64,000 bases of DNA from assembly GCF_001194135.2 (NCBI RefSeq), contig NC_068993.1, positions 16,524,942-16,588,941 on the forward strand, in the 5' to 3' direction. Each line of letters opens with the position of its first letter. Position 1 is the first letter of the stretch. This stretch comes from Octopus bimaculoides (Eukaryota). The position numbers and the translations under genes are program-made. This document shows, one piece after another, positions 25,351 to 38,860 of the stretch. The notes beneath the pieces were generated by a model that had not been told where the DNA came from, did not search any database, and saw only the letters and a program-made list of their open reading frames with translations.

Positions 25351-26571
25351 GTCCATCATTATATGTATGTAAGTGTCCCCTTGTCTTAATTTTGCATGAT
25401 TGTTGTAAATGAAGGGCTTTCATTTCCAATATTTTGTAAAAACATATCTGGTCACTGGGAAATATTACTTTGCTTGGAAACAAATGAGAGTTTGATAATT
25501 AGTCGCCTTGTTTTGTCCATCATACGAAGAACATTTTTCAAGATGCTTGAGTATTGGTAGGGATTTGCTAAAGCTTTAAATCATGCATTTTTTTAATCTG
25601 TGGGACACTTAGATAGTCCCTGCAGTTAGCTCTGTGCATGGTGCACTGTTTAAAATTTACAGGCTTGATGATTCTAAAGTGTGTAAATTTGGATGAGTTC
25701 TCACTAGTACTAACATGCTATCTTAAAGATAGTGATTTGGCTATGACATGGGCTTTGATATATAGTGATTTGGATTATAGGAGAGAGAGAGATTCCAGCT
25801 GTGACCATCTCATATTTTTCTAGGAGCAGGCAACCCAGGATTATATTACCCTGTTTGTCCTTCTCTAAGATGCTATAGGCTGAATTCTTGAAGATTTGGT
25901 GATTATTCCTAGCAGAGTGAGAATGACTTTGATCATATTGCTGCTTTTTTGAAAAACAATAAGCAAAATAACACACAAACACATCTATAGATAAACAGAT
26001 AGACATGTGGTCACAGCTGTCTTTTGCTACTAACTTTCTTTGTGTGTGTGTATACATTAGTATGAATGTGTGTGTATGTATATGTATATATATATAAATG
26101 TGTACTTTGATGGAAACAAAGCTACACATGTACACAACACATATTTACAGTCATACCAGCATGTATGTGGATGTACACACACATAAAGATTTTAAAGGCT
26201 AGCAACATCAACATTGTTTGTATTATGGCAACATACAGAATTCATTTAAGTCTGTTATCACTAACCTGCTATTCCAGGAGAGAAATGACCTTAGTTCACA
26301 TGTGCACATGCATTGAAAAAGAGGGTGAGGGGAACAGAAAAATAAATTCTTTGTTGATAAATGCATGCCATGGGGAAAAGAGAATCTTGGAGAAGGAGAG
26401 GTTTGCTCAGACATCAAGTTTCTCATCTCCCTGTGGCATATGAACTTTTCCAAAATTTTCAGACTTATGTTAAGAAATTTACCAACCCAGAATATCATCC
26501 CAATTTCTCATTTTCTAGAGTCTATAAATATAAATTTATTTATACCCCACCTCCAAAAGGTAAAAATATAC

Positions 26572-26619
<48 letters not shown>

Positions 26620-26634
26620 ATGTGTGTAAGTGTA

Positions 26635-27175
26635 TTGTCATCATTTAGCATTTGCTTTCCATCCTGGCATGGGTAAGCTGGTTTGATTGGAGCTGGTAAG
26701 CCAGAGAGCGGCACCAAGCTCCAGTCTGTTTTGACTTGGTTTCTACAGCTGGATACCCTTTCTAACACCAACCATTCTATGGAGTGTATTGGGTGTCTTT
26801 ATCTGTCCCCAGTACAGGTGCCTTTTACATGTCACCAACACGAGTGCCCTTCATGTGTCACCAGCATAAGTGATTTACATATGTCGCCAACCCTGGCCAT
26901 GACTACTGTTTGACTTAGTTTGACATGTCTTCTCAGATATATATATCATCATCATTGTTTAACATCCATCTTCCATGCATGCATGGGTAGGACTGTTGAC
27001 AGGAGTTAGCCAGGTTAAAAAAACTACCCCAGGCTACTGTGTCTGTTTTGGCAGGGATTTTATGGCTGGATGCCCTTCCTAACACCAACCACTCCACAGA
27101 GTGGCCTCAGTGCTTTTTATGCAGCACTAGTACAGGTGAGGTTAGTTTTGGCAGGATTTTCACAACTACATGTAT
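26635..27175 (-). mobile_element. Two adjacent SINE family A copies
   Basis: Both begin on the plus strand with tcatcat..tttaacatccatcttccatgc-like tails and contain gctggat(a/g)ccctt(t/c)ctaacaccaacca. Confidence 0.75.
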
Positions 27176-28171
27176 AACAGCTTCCTCTTTAAGAGCATGT
27201 GTGTTTGAAAAGGTTAAATGAAAGAACTCACACACTAGAAAAAAATTTATTCCCCAAAAAGGTTAGTAATATCCTCATAAAAGATCTCATAACCTTCCTT
27301 TAAAAAATAATTTTGAAAAAAATCACCTTTACACTTCAAAAACTGTATTAAGTAATTCGCAAAGACTTTCAAATATATGTGTGTGTGTGTGTGTGTATGT
27401 GAGGATCTTCAAGTGAGGGTAAGCTTCCGGTGCATAACTTGATTTGATTTTAGTTCAATTTTTACCATCTCACTCTGTTTTATTTTTTGCCTCTTAGAAG
27501 TCAGTTTGTTTATAGTCAATAATCTGGAGGTTGAAGAGTTTTTTGAGAATAACCTCACTTATTGCTGGAATATCTTCAGCTTAATGCTTACACATCTAAT
27601 TCCTATCCAACTTCATGAACCTTCACTTTCTTTCACTTTTCTTTCCTAAGTTTCTCAACTTTTCCACAACACCACCCTTCTTGCTTGGTGATTCTGCACC
27701 TTAGTTCTGTACCTTCAAACAAAGCACCAAAGTGAAGGAACATCATTTTCTACAATCTTTATGGCAAATAAATTTTATTAGTGTTCCAATTTTTTTATAC
27801 AGAATTATTATTGCTAGCACAGCTTCTTGCTCTTAAAAATATCACCATGAAGCATAATATACAAAATAACAAAGACAATATAACTATTCTCTGTTGCATG
27901 TATCAGAGAGTGAAAGACTATGACAAGTGAGAGATGCTGTGGTGGAACAGACTCATCCAACCCATGCCTTTATAGCAAAATGGACATAAGATGACAGGGA
28001 TGACATATACATTTATTGTTGATGTCATAAGAATTTTGAAACTTCAAGAGAATGTGAAATAATTCTCTTTTCTAACTTAGGATCTTGAAATAGAAAAGCT
28101 AATGATAATGGTGTGTAAATATTAAATAAAAAGATCCTTTGGATAGAAAAAGTTGAAGGCTGCCTTTGGCA

Positions 28172-28231
<60 letters not shown>

Positions 28232-28251
28232 CATATATACATACACCTACA

Positions 28252-28781
28252 CAGTGCGATCGGTAAATAGTTGTTGTTTTAGTTTGTGCATGTGCATTGT
28301 TTTTGATTTTGTCGACTATACATTATAGTAGAGTCAGTTGGGCACCATCTGTGAGAAAAACAGCACTATGACGCATTTCACTGTGCCAGAAATTTGGAAA
28401 TGACATGCTGTACTGCTTGGTATTCTGCTGGATTCTCCAATACAAACATTTCAGAGTGTTTGGGTGTCAATCTGAGGACAGTGCAGAGGATTAGGAAAGA
28501 GTTTGGATAAGTCTAATGTGGATTACAAAGGTACAGCAGCTCAGAAAACTCACTCTCATCATTCTGATGAGAAAAGAACTCCTGAAATTGTTGGTGAGAT
28601 CCAGGCCACGATTGACAATGATCCCTCCAAGTCAATCAGGTCCATCACCAGGGACATGAGAGTGTCTGAGTTTCTTATCAGGCAGGTGGTGCATGAAGAA
28701 ATTCGATATTCCTCACACAAGATAAGAAAAGGCCACTTTTTATCCCAAGCCATCAAGGACAAGAGGGAAGACTGTGCTACG
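28252..28781 (+). mobile_element. 5' half of a Tc1/mariner-superfamily transposon (N-terminal HTH, maT/DD37D-like), truncated before the catalytic domain
   Basis: ORF 28503: ...RTPEIVGEIQATIDNDPSKSIRSITRDMRVSEFLIRQVVHEEIRYSSHKIRKGHFLSQAIKDKREDCAT is a second-HTH and linker pattern. Similarity stops abruptly at ~28781. Subfamily call is inference. Confidence 0.7.
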
Positions 28782-29473
28782 AATGCTTCTTTTGGCTGTC
28801 TCTACACGTTTACTTGGGCGGTGGTTAGAAATGAGGTAAAGGATGACTCATCAGAGAAAATAACATTCTTCCACTACTCTAAGGACCAATTCTGTAGGTT
28901 TTTGCTTCACTCCAAATGCTTTGCAACATTTGTTTTTGACAGTAGAGGTTTTCTGATTGCACCTTCCCATGAAATCTGGCTTTGTGCAGCTCCCGATGAA
29001 CAGTTTTTGTGGAAACTGGGTTCTTGAAGTGGTCATTAAGCTCTGCTGTAATTTTGGGAGCTGTACTTTTGTGATCCTTTCTAACAATTCGTGTAAGAGT
29101 TCAATGGTCCCTATCTGAAAGTTTGGGTTTTCTTCCTGAGTTTTGTTTCAACGAGGAGGTTTTTCCCTCTTTCTCAAAGGTTGTCATTACCTACGAGACA
29201 GTACTTCTTGATACACCAAACATTTCAGCTGTTTTTGTTATGCTAGCACCCACCATATGAGCACCACCAATTTAACCTCTTTGAAAGTCTGATAGATCTG
29301 TCATTTTAATGAATTTTAATTACCTTTTTCTGATGATATCTGAAAAGAAACAGCAATTTTAGCAAAACATTTTAAGCAACACTAATAATAAATAAAAAAA
29401 CAAGACTTTGATGGTTTTATAGATATTTCAAAACTATGATGCTAGGTGTTTCCATTATTTTGTCCAATCCCTG
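28782..29473 (-). mobile_element. 5' half of a Tc1-like transposon (transposase pseudogene from ATG at 29304)
   Basis: Minus strand: ta|cagggattggacaaaataatggaaacacc TIR, then MTDLSDFQRG*IGGAHMVGASITKTAEMFGVSRSTVS*VMTTFEKEGKTSSLKQNSGRKPKLSDRD...ELHKARFHG/IRKPLLSKTNV...WKNVIFSDESSF (GRKP hook and first catalytic D). Confidence 0.9.
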
Positions 29474-30639
29474 TATATATATAAAACACAAAGGAATAAG
29501 AATTTTAAAATCCAGGCAGATACCTAATGAGCACCCTGTAATCCAAACATGGCTAACTATATCGAACAGTAGAAAACACTAGGAATTGTGTAGAAGAAAC
29601 ACAATCATACTCCCATTCAGTTGGTAAATCCAGAGTTCACTTTGAAGTATTTTGTATAAAATTCCAGAATAAAGAATGGAGAATTATACATCTTTATTAT
29701 GTCTTTATATATATAGTTAGTTAGGTTTGGCTATTGAAAGAGCTCTGAAGAAATATGCTTTCAATACCCAAAACTAAATGTTTTTCTAAGAAAAGATGGA
29801 ATAAATTTAGTTGTAACCTTATTCTTAGCATTTTGTTATTTTTAATTGTTAATTTCCTAGTCAAACGATTAGGTTCAGTAAATTTGTGTAATCTCTATAT
29901 ATACATATACACACTCTGGATCAAAAGTTTTGTTCAGATAGAATTTCAGTGAGTATAAAAACGGCTGTGCAGTTAATTATTTTCCTGTTTAAAATACCAT
30001 CTACCATCCCATTTTGTTTGATAAAAAAAGTTTTTGCTTCATTAATTATGCTTGTCTATTATCTAATTTGATGAGTTTACCACTCTCTTATATTATTTTT
30101 TTTTTATCTTAAGCAGTAATTAGAATTCTTACTAATGTTAATAAATGAGACTCATAAAGAAGTTATTTCCCTAATAACAAAGATAAAAGCAAAAAAAATG
30201 GGAAAAAAACATTGTTAGTCATATGATATGTTAATTATATTTCTGTTTTGTGCCAGTTTGTTTTGCTAGGTGAAAAGTAACAAGAGGTTCTGCTATTAAT
30301 GGTGACCTAAGCTTGACATCTAGATCTCATGATTCTGCTTAATTTACAGAAATGTTCATATCAGTCATAATGTAGATAGAGTAGGAAAAAAGAGGCAGGA
30401 ACTGTTGTTAATGATGATTGTGTTTAATTATGATACTAGCTGCAGCTGGTTGAGTTGTTTGAATGATAGGCTATTTGGTTGTAAAGGATCTTCATTTTAC
30501 TTAGGGATACATTTTGTCCGTGATGGTACTCTTGGCTTCAGATGGGAGCAACGTAAGATACAGAATATCTCTGCTGGGTTGTCATTTAGTCACAGGTCTG
30601 CCATATTCAAGCAATTTATCGATCAAGGGCGTTGGCACT

Positions 30640-30859
30640 CTCTTTTACTCTTTTACTTGTTTCAGTCATTTGACTGCGGCCATGCTGGGGCACCACCTTT
30701 AGTCGAACAAATCGACTCCAGGACTTATTCTTTGTAAGCCTAGTACTTATTCTATCGCTCTCTTTTTGCCGAACCGCTAAGTTACGAGGACATAAACACA
30801 CCAGCATCAGTTGTCAAGCGATGGTGGGGGGACAAACACAGACACACAAACATATATAC

Positions 30860-30902
<43 letters not shown>

Positions 30903-31054
30903 ATCTTCAGTTTCCGTCTACCAAATCCACTCAAGTCTTTGGTCGGCCCGAGGCTATAGTAGAAGACACTTGCGCAAGGTGCCATGCAGTGGGACTGAAC
31001 CCAGAACCATGTGGTTGGTAAGCAAGCTACTTACCACACATCTACTCCTGTGCC
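30640..31054 (-). mobile_element. Full-length tRNA-derived SINE family B
   Basis: Reverse complement of 15878-16287, with an internal (CA)n tract. Confidence 0.9.
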
Positions 31055-31269
31055 ACCACTCGTGAAAATCTTGTCCTTTTAAGTGGCCATGTTTTTTTTA
31101 AGATAATATGTAACGTGTCGTCTGTTTTCAAGATGGTGGGATATTATTTTTAGAGATTTTGGCTGCTTTTTCTAGTAAGTCGAGTGACGATATAGAGGCT
31201 CTTACAAGTTGAAGTCAGGCATGGTAGGTTAAAATCTTCTATGGGTTATTTTGTGAGTAGTCAGTATCA

Positions 31270-31495
31270 ACCACAATTATCATCCACACTGAGCTATAAG
31301 ATTGATAAACACGCCCCTGGTGAATACTTGATCAGTTTCAGGCAGATCTCAGCAGGTTGTGTAGAGACTGGCTGATCTTTCTTTGACTGTTTAACATCAT
31401 CAGCTCATTGCTGGCATCATCTTCCACATTGATGCTTGCCTGAGATTCTACCAAACATGATAGTTTGCTCAAGGCTGTTGAATGGCTAAAATATG
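31270..31495 (-). mobile_element. RTE-clade LINE 3' fragment
   Basis: Minus strand reads, across a frameshift, ...KTIMFGRISGKHQCGR*CQQ*ADDVK, resembling RTE KTIMLGKVEGKRKRGRP..RWxDDIK. Confidence 0.55.
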
Positions 31496-31614
31496 CTGGA
31501 AAACATTACTTTGGTATTATGGGAATACAAAAAGGAACTGACTGGATTAGTTCAGCAGATGAGTTTTCCATCTTTATCACAGAGGTTCTATGTACTTGCT
31601 TTTCATTAAGACAG

Positions 31615-32013
31615 TTGCAGGAGTGGCTGTGTGGTAAGAAGCTTGCTTCCCAACCACATGGTTCTGGGTTCAGTCCCACTGCATTGCACCTTGGGCAAAT
31701 GTTTTCTATTATAGCTTTGGGCTGACCTAAGCCTTGTGAGTGGATTTGGTAGATAGAAACTGAAAGAAGCCTGTTGTATATATGTGTATATTTATGTGTG
31801 TGCATCATTGCATCTGTGTTTGTCCCCCACAATCGCTTGACAACTGGTGTTGGTGTGTTCCTGTAACTTAGCAGTTCAGCAAAAGAGACTGATAGAATAA
31901 GTACTCGGCTTAACAAAAAAATAAGTACTGGAGTTGATTCATTTGACTAAAACAAATTGTTCAAGGCAGTGCTCCAGCATGGCTCTCAGTTTAATGACTG
32001 AAACAAGTAAAAA
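31615..32013 (+). mobile_element. tRNA-derived SINE family B, older copy
   Basis: gcaggagtggctgtgtggtaagaagc...ggttcagtcccactgc...aatgactgaaacaagtaaaa. Confidence 0.9.
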
Positions 32014-33402
32014 ATAATATACATTTCATTTTTATTTAAAGTTTGGTGAATTGAGAAGCAAACCTCAGTTCTATTCTACAGTCCTTGTTTGCTCTGATCA
32101 ACTCCATGTTGTTAACCCCATGTTAGCTCTGATCAAGAGTACCTATGAGCAAAAAGCATTTAACCCCTGTGCATCCCATTTTAACCGAAAGTATAAAGTA
32201 CCCAATACTGCATTATTTACACATGCAAATATCACCTTTTATTTATTTATTTATTTTTTTAATTGTGACATGAAGCAAATTTTGCTGCTATTCTTAATAT
32301 ATCAATCAACCATGTTAAGCCATTTTTTCAATTTCTTTCCTGTGAAATACATTAATTTCTAACTTTGCTTCAGTGCCACAGATTTGTAGGAAAGAGGTAC
32401 TGATATTTTAACTCTTTTCTTCGCTATATTTCTAATGCTATTGCACTGTTTCTATGTTTCAGTATATGTTGAAATTAATCAAGGATTTGGAAGGATTTCA
32501 TAAAAAATACTAATAGATTTTTCATTGCTAAATTATTGTTTGGAACATAAATTAGCAAAAAGTTCTTACATAAAATTATATAAGAATGTTTTCATCTAAA
32601 TATGGATTCTTTCAAATCATACACTGATATCTTAGGAAAAAATAAAGACACTGGATAATGAAGGCTTAGTTACAATCTGTCTAAAAATAAGACAGGATGG
32701 TCATGGATGAAGTATTTCCAATCATAGATTTGGTCCATCAGGGCTGGCTTGTGGCTGAACAACAGCACCGGTATTCAGTTATATATATATTAACTATTGC
32801 TATATCTTCAATAGTCAGTTTAGCAGAGAAAGTTGTAAGAGATCTGGAAATTGATATTTGCCAATTAACAAGTTCAGTGCTTATGATTGTTTGATTAAAA
32901 TCCCACCTAGATTAATTAATTTAATTAGTAACTGATTAATTAAGCAGTAGGAACAATTCTGACTTTTGTGACACATGCCACTGAGTTTAGATCCTGTCAA
33001 GGAACACAATATCTAACAGAGAAGAAAAGAAAGAAAATCAAGACAAAGCAATCTGTGATAGATTGGTTTCCTTTTCTCTATAAGGAATCAAATAATCTCT
33101 AACCCACTTGTTACTATGGAAACTAAGATAATCTTTAGCTCTTTGAACCTAGCTGACTTTCAGACTGAAATACAATTTTTTCCTTTTTTTCTTTTATTTC
33201 TTCAATATTTATACTTTTAAGTCATTTGAAAACATACCTGCATGAAAAGAAGAAAAATATATAAAAAGTTGAAATAATCTTCTCTTTTATTCATATAAAC
33301 ATGCATGGCTCCCTTTTCTTTCGCTTATAAAATTTTATTAGAATATTTCTTATCCCTAACATTCTTCATTCATCTTATCTTCTCCTTCCATACTTTCCAA
33401 AG

Positions 33403-33477
<75 letters not shown>

Positions 33478-33554
33478 AATCACCCTTCTTCATAAGCTCA
33501 TTTAAAAGAAAAAAAAATTATTTTATTAAAATAATCTCATACCACCCTTTCAAA

Positions 33555-33735
33555 AGCAAGCAAGAAGGCCTTTATACGGTCATACAACTTGCTAGAAATA
33601 GTAACCAAATCTCCCTCAAATCACACCCTACAATCTTGAGAAAGGGAAAGGATACACTGGATAGAGTAGTTTTATATACTACACTGTCAAAAATAAGGTT
33701 GGATAGTTATGGCTGGAATGGCTCTGAATCTAGGT
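33555..33735 (+). repeat. Unclassified interspersed family G (representative copy; more than 10 fragments in window)
   Basis: Motifs ctagaaatagtaaccaaatctccctcaaatcacaccct and ggtcatggctggaatg recur at ~17050, 22800, 32620, 46440 and inverted at ~640, 25730, 35065, 35885, 42540. Confidence 0.7.
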
Positions 33736-34684
33736 TTGGATATAGAGATGTTTTAATCTACCTACCTAACAACCTACCCTGACCCTTCCTGAACTAATCC
33801 TGTTTTCATTATCGTCTTCACTGACGGGAGTGAAATGCTTCTTTTTACTATTCCCTATTGGTGATACCAAAGACAAATATTGCTTCTCCTCCTTTTAATT
33901 AAAACCATCCAATGCTGTTTTCTTCCATTGATTAACAGCTCTAGTTTTAGTTTAAAATTAAATTCAGTAATTAACTAATTAACACTATATTCACTTTGTT
34001 TTTACTGATTAGGTAGTTCTATTACACTTTGTGAAGTGAAATTTCCTGTGTAAAACAAAAACAAACAAAAAAAATTCTTCTCAGAAAAACAACAAAAAAA
34101 AAACAATTTGTTTTTCTTCTTTTCTTTGAACCTGCAAATTCTTTTTTTTTTTTTGGTTTATTCTATTTAATGCTTGTTATTTTTTTAACAAAGAAACATT
34201 TTCCTTCCTTGTTAATTAGTTATTCCTCCTTGTTTTTAAATATTTTTATTTTTTCATAAAGCAAATTTGTTGTATGGTTGTATAATTTTTTCTTAGCCAT
34301 TTTACATCTTTTTTAATTTATAGTTTCTTTTTTTTTTTTTTTTTCATAGCCATGGTAATATACATGGAAAAGTTCTTCAAATTTAAAGTAATTGATTGCT
34401 TCTTTTCACAACAAAATGTCATTAGGGGCATTTGCTTTTAACACTTCCCCAATAATAGCAATACTGTTGATGGTGTCTATTGTATCACCAGTAATCCATA
34501 TGAAGCTATGAACTTAACACAGCTACCAGCAGTGAACTGTGCCTTTTACTATGCTTATATGTTTACAGCTAAGTGGACTGAGCTGATAAATCTTAAGTGG
34601 ACAGACGTCAACAACAACTGGACATTAGCTATTAATTTATCAAACCCCAGACTATTAAATTAATACTTTTGCCAGTTTTAAATC

Positions 34685-35058
34685 TGAAGATTTATGTATG
34701 AATTGTTGAATCAAAGAGATTTTTGTTTTAGATTTTGAAATAAGTCTTGATCCTCTTGTCATCTTGTAATATGCAAGTCTAAATTATGTGGAATATCTTT
34801 TTTAAACACAGACAAGTGTGATTTGAAGGAATTTTGCTGTTAGCTCTAACAAGTTGAAAAACAATGAAGATTTATATATGAACTGTTGGGTTGGGTCAAA
34901 GAGATTTTTGTTTTATATTTTGAAATAAGCAATTTTATCTTCATCTTCTTGTCATTTTGTAATATGCAAGTCTAATTTATCTGGTGTATCTTTTTTTAAA
35001 GACATACAAGTGTGATTTGAGGGAATTTTGTTGTTATTTCTAACAAGTTGAAAAACAG
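34685..35058. repeat. Tandem duplication of a ~180-194 bp unit
   Basis: Units at 34685-34864 and 34865-35058 both run tgaagattta...caaagagatttttgtttta...gtaatatgcaagtctaa...ctaacaagttgaaaaaca. Confidence 0.9.
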
Positions 35059-36337
35059 TGAAGGTTCGTTTAAACAGTTGTTACTAATAGTAATGTTTAC
35101 CTCAAAACTGCCTTGATCATGCAGACGTATGATTAAAGGTATTACAACTAAAATTGTCCCATCTTTTTATTTTTTTTCAGGCATAATGTATCTAGAATGT
35201 ATCCTTCCTTGTTTTTAAGACTGTAGGTTGTGATTTAGAAGAATTTAGCTGTTATTTCTAGCAAATCAAGAAGCCCATAGTGGCTCACTTGAACAGTAAT
35301 TGTTGTTCTTCCACCCTAGATTAGCCCTGATCAAGCACTGTAATCATCCCCTCTATTTTTTTACATGCACAATGTATCTAGGAATATATTATTTATTGTG
35401 TCCTCAAGGAGTTGAGCAATATTTAGATGTGATATCTAGCAGGGTAACTACATGGAAGCATCTTCTTTGTCTCCTAAAGATTCCCTTGTTAATGTTCAGA
35501 AGCTTGGTATGAGTAGCACTAATCTTTGGTTGTAGTTTGACAAAATCAAACTCAGTTTTTCTTTTATTTTAGTCTATTGGGCTTTCTTGTCTATTTTCTT
35601 ATGTTTCGGAACAATACTGGTTGCAAATGGAATGTTATTGAATGTTTTTTTAAGAGCGTTTTTTTTTTCTTTCATTATTTTTTAACTTATAAAAACAAAC
35701 CATTCTTAGAAGAACAACACCAGCAATAAAAGGCGAAATACTGACAAAGAGTTTATTTAAAATGGAAAATGAAAGCTGTAATGGATGATAAAAGACATGA
35801 AGTGTTTTGAAAAACAAGACATTTGTTGGAAAACAACTGATATCATAGATAAAACCTGAAGAGATCACACAGAATAATAGACTTGTTGTTTAGCCACAGA
35901 ACAGTTCTTATTGAATAGAACTATGATCAAAAGTATTCCAACTGTGACCATCCCATCTGTTTTTTTCCCTGGCTTAATGTCTCTAGGATTGCATTATTCA
36001 ATGTGTTCTTCCTCCTATAAGATGGTAAAGTATGATTTAAGAGAGACTACTATTTTTAGTAGATCAAGCAACCTCCTAGATGGTCCCTTGTTGACTTAGA
36101 CATCACTCAATGTTTCTACTGACAATGATAATAATCTGGGTTACATGTGGTTTCCCTGATTGGTTAGTCCTAAGTGGCTGTTTCCTTATCAAGGGTCACT
36201 TTATTATATGTTCTTTTCATTTTTTCCTCTCCTTTAACAAGTTTATATAAAACCCAGCTGTTTTAAGTCTTATGTTCTCCATTAGGCATTCTTGTTGCTA
36301 TGAGTTGCTCTTGTAGAAATAAATGAAAACATTATTA

Positions 36338-36372
<35 letters not shown>

Positions 36373-37677
36373 GTTATTATTATTTATTGCTGTATCTGAA
36401 TTCATTTCTAAATTATATGGCTAAATTGCTCAAAAATTCAAGATTAAAAGCCAGATATTCAAATTCCTGTTCTTTGGTTATTCCTATGCAGATACGTCGT
36501 TATACCATTTATGTGTCATAAAAAAAAAAAACAGAATCTTCAGGTTTCAATAACCACAACTCGTACGAAATCCATTTGCATTTTATGACTTCTAGGTTGA
36601 ATTTATCAATAGAATTATGGATTAAATTCAAATTCATGTGTGCAGCCATTTTAAGCAGGTTAGTCTTATCGTCTGTGTGCATCATTTAAGCCAAAAACTT
36701 AGTTTATGATTTAAATATTATAGATGCAAAAGTACTTGATTTTTTTTTTATTAGTGACACATATTTCTATGTATGACTATTTTTGTGAGTGCATGCTTGT
36801 CTATATGACAGAAGTTATCAACTTGTTTGTCTCTCTATTTGACAGAAATATCTGTATCAGACAGAACTATCAGCTGTTGATACTTCTGTCTCATACTTAG
36901 CATTTGTGCCACAAAGATGGATTCACAAGTTATGGTGAACAAAACTTGCTGGTTAACTGGCTCTTGCAACAAGCTTTAAATTATACCAAATTATTTATTC
37001 ACTAAACAAACTTGTTTTCCTACACCAACCTGTGTAGAATCTTATGCATTTTTGTGATTTTTTTCTTTTGCCATCACAGTTTTGACATGCATGTTAAAAT
37101 TAAAATATGTAACATTTTAGCACAGCCGTTTTGGTGCCAATTATTTGGTGTTGCTGAATCGACACTGACTTATTTGACATCAGACGTTTTTATGTTTCTC
37201 TCTTTCTCTTTCTGTCTCTATGTGTATGTTCACATTTCTCTTTATATGTATGAGGAGAGGGAAATTGTTTATGTCAATCATGTTTAATTAATAAATTGTC
37301 ATGTCTCTCTCTCCCACTCTGTCCTTATTTAAGACAACAGAGTGTCATTCTTGGAATATTTGGCTACCGTTTCTGGCAGATTGAGAGACTACATAATTTC
37401 CATTGACCAGTACTTACCAACTTGTATTTTGTGACTTTTAATATTGGGAAACTATGCAGTTATGTTCTGAAATTATCTTTGATTTTTCACATTTACATAT
37501 TAAAATTAAAAATTGATTACCTATTTTAATGTTAAGATAACAAATTGCTAGAATTGTCAGAATATTAGTTAGAATGACTTGCAGCATTTGTTTTGTCTTT
37601 CTGGTGTCTGTTCAAATCCTACTGTGGTCAACTTTGCCTTTCACCATTTTGGGGGTAATTGATAGAGTACTCTTTCA

Positions 37678-37990
37678 GTGAAGGCATGTGGCTCAGTAGT
37701 TAGGGGACTTGGCTCACAATCATAAGGTCATGAGTTCACTTCCCGGCAGTGCATTGTGTCCTTGATCAAGACACTTTATTTCACGTTGCACCAGTTCACT
37801 CAGCTGGCAAAAACAAGTAGTATCTGTATTTCAAAGGGCCAGCCTTGTCACATTTTGTGTCACAATGAATCTCCCTGAGATCTGTTAAGTGTCTGTGGAT
37901 TGTTCAGCTACTTGCATGTTAATTTCATGAGCAAGCTGTTCCATTGATCAGTTCAACTGGAACCCATGTTACCATAACCAACAGAGTACC
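37678..37990 (+). mobile_element. tRNA-derived SINE (C-like body)
   Basis: Head gtgaaggcatgtggctcagtagttagg; body ggccagccttgtcaca...cttgcatgttaatttcatgagcaagctgttcc is the reverse complement of 21751-21920. Confidence 0.8.
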
Positions 37991-38283
37991 AGTTAACTAT
38001 TTCAGTACTGCTATTAATTCCTGTCTCTGTTTCATACCTCCAGTTCAAAGATCTGGCTTTGTCATATTTGTACCGTGTTGATTTGATCTGAGCATTGCAT
38101 TAACAGTACATATCTGCCAAAATACTTGGCCATTTATTACACATTAATTTACTGTGTCAGAATTCAGTTGGTTAAACAACTTTCTAGGAAAATTTTTGCT
38201 GTACATGCTTATTTTCACATGTTTGCTTGAAAACAATCTATTTAACAGCTATACACTATTTAATTTTTTAAAAACAAACATTC

Positions 38284-38586
38284 ATTCTACTATAGCCTCG
38301 GGCCGACCAAAGCCTTGTGAATGGATTTGGTAGATGGAAACTGAACGAGGCCAGTCGTATATATGTATATATATTTATATATGTTTGTGTGTCTGTGTTT
38401 GTCCCCCCAACATCGCTTGACAACCGATGCTGGTGTGTTTACGTCCCCGTAACTTAGTAGTTCAGCCAAAGAGCGATAGAGTAAGTACTAGGTTTACAAA
38501 GAATAAGTTCTGGGGTCGATTTGCTCGACTAAAGGCGGTGCTCCAGCATGGCCGCAGTCAAATGACTGAAACAAGTAAAAGAGTAG
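38284..38586 (+). mobile_element. 5'-truncated SINE family B
   Basis: Starts ttctactatagcctcgggccgaccaaagcc and ends gactgaaacaagtaaaagagtag. Confidence 0.9.
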
Positions 38587-38682
38587 AAGAGTTCAGTTGT
38601 AAATAAACAGGCCTCTGATCAAAGACATTTTTGCCATGACCTTCTCATCTTCCTTTTTAAGACATGGTGTTATTGCTACATG

Positions 38683-38728
<46 letters not shown>

Positions 38729-38827
38729 NNNNNNNNNNNNNNNNNNNNNNNNNNNNNNNNNNNNNNNNNNNNNNNNNNNNNNNNNNNNNNNNNNNNNNNN
38801 NNNNNNNNNNNNNNNNNNNNNNNNNNN

Positions 38828-38859
<32 letters not shown>

Positions 38860-38860
<1 letters not shown>

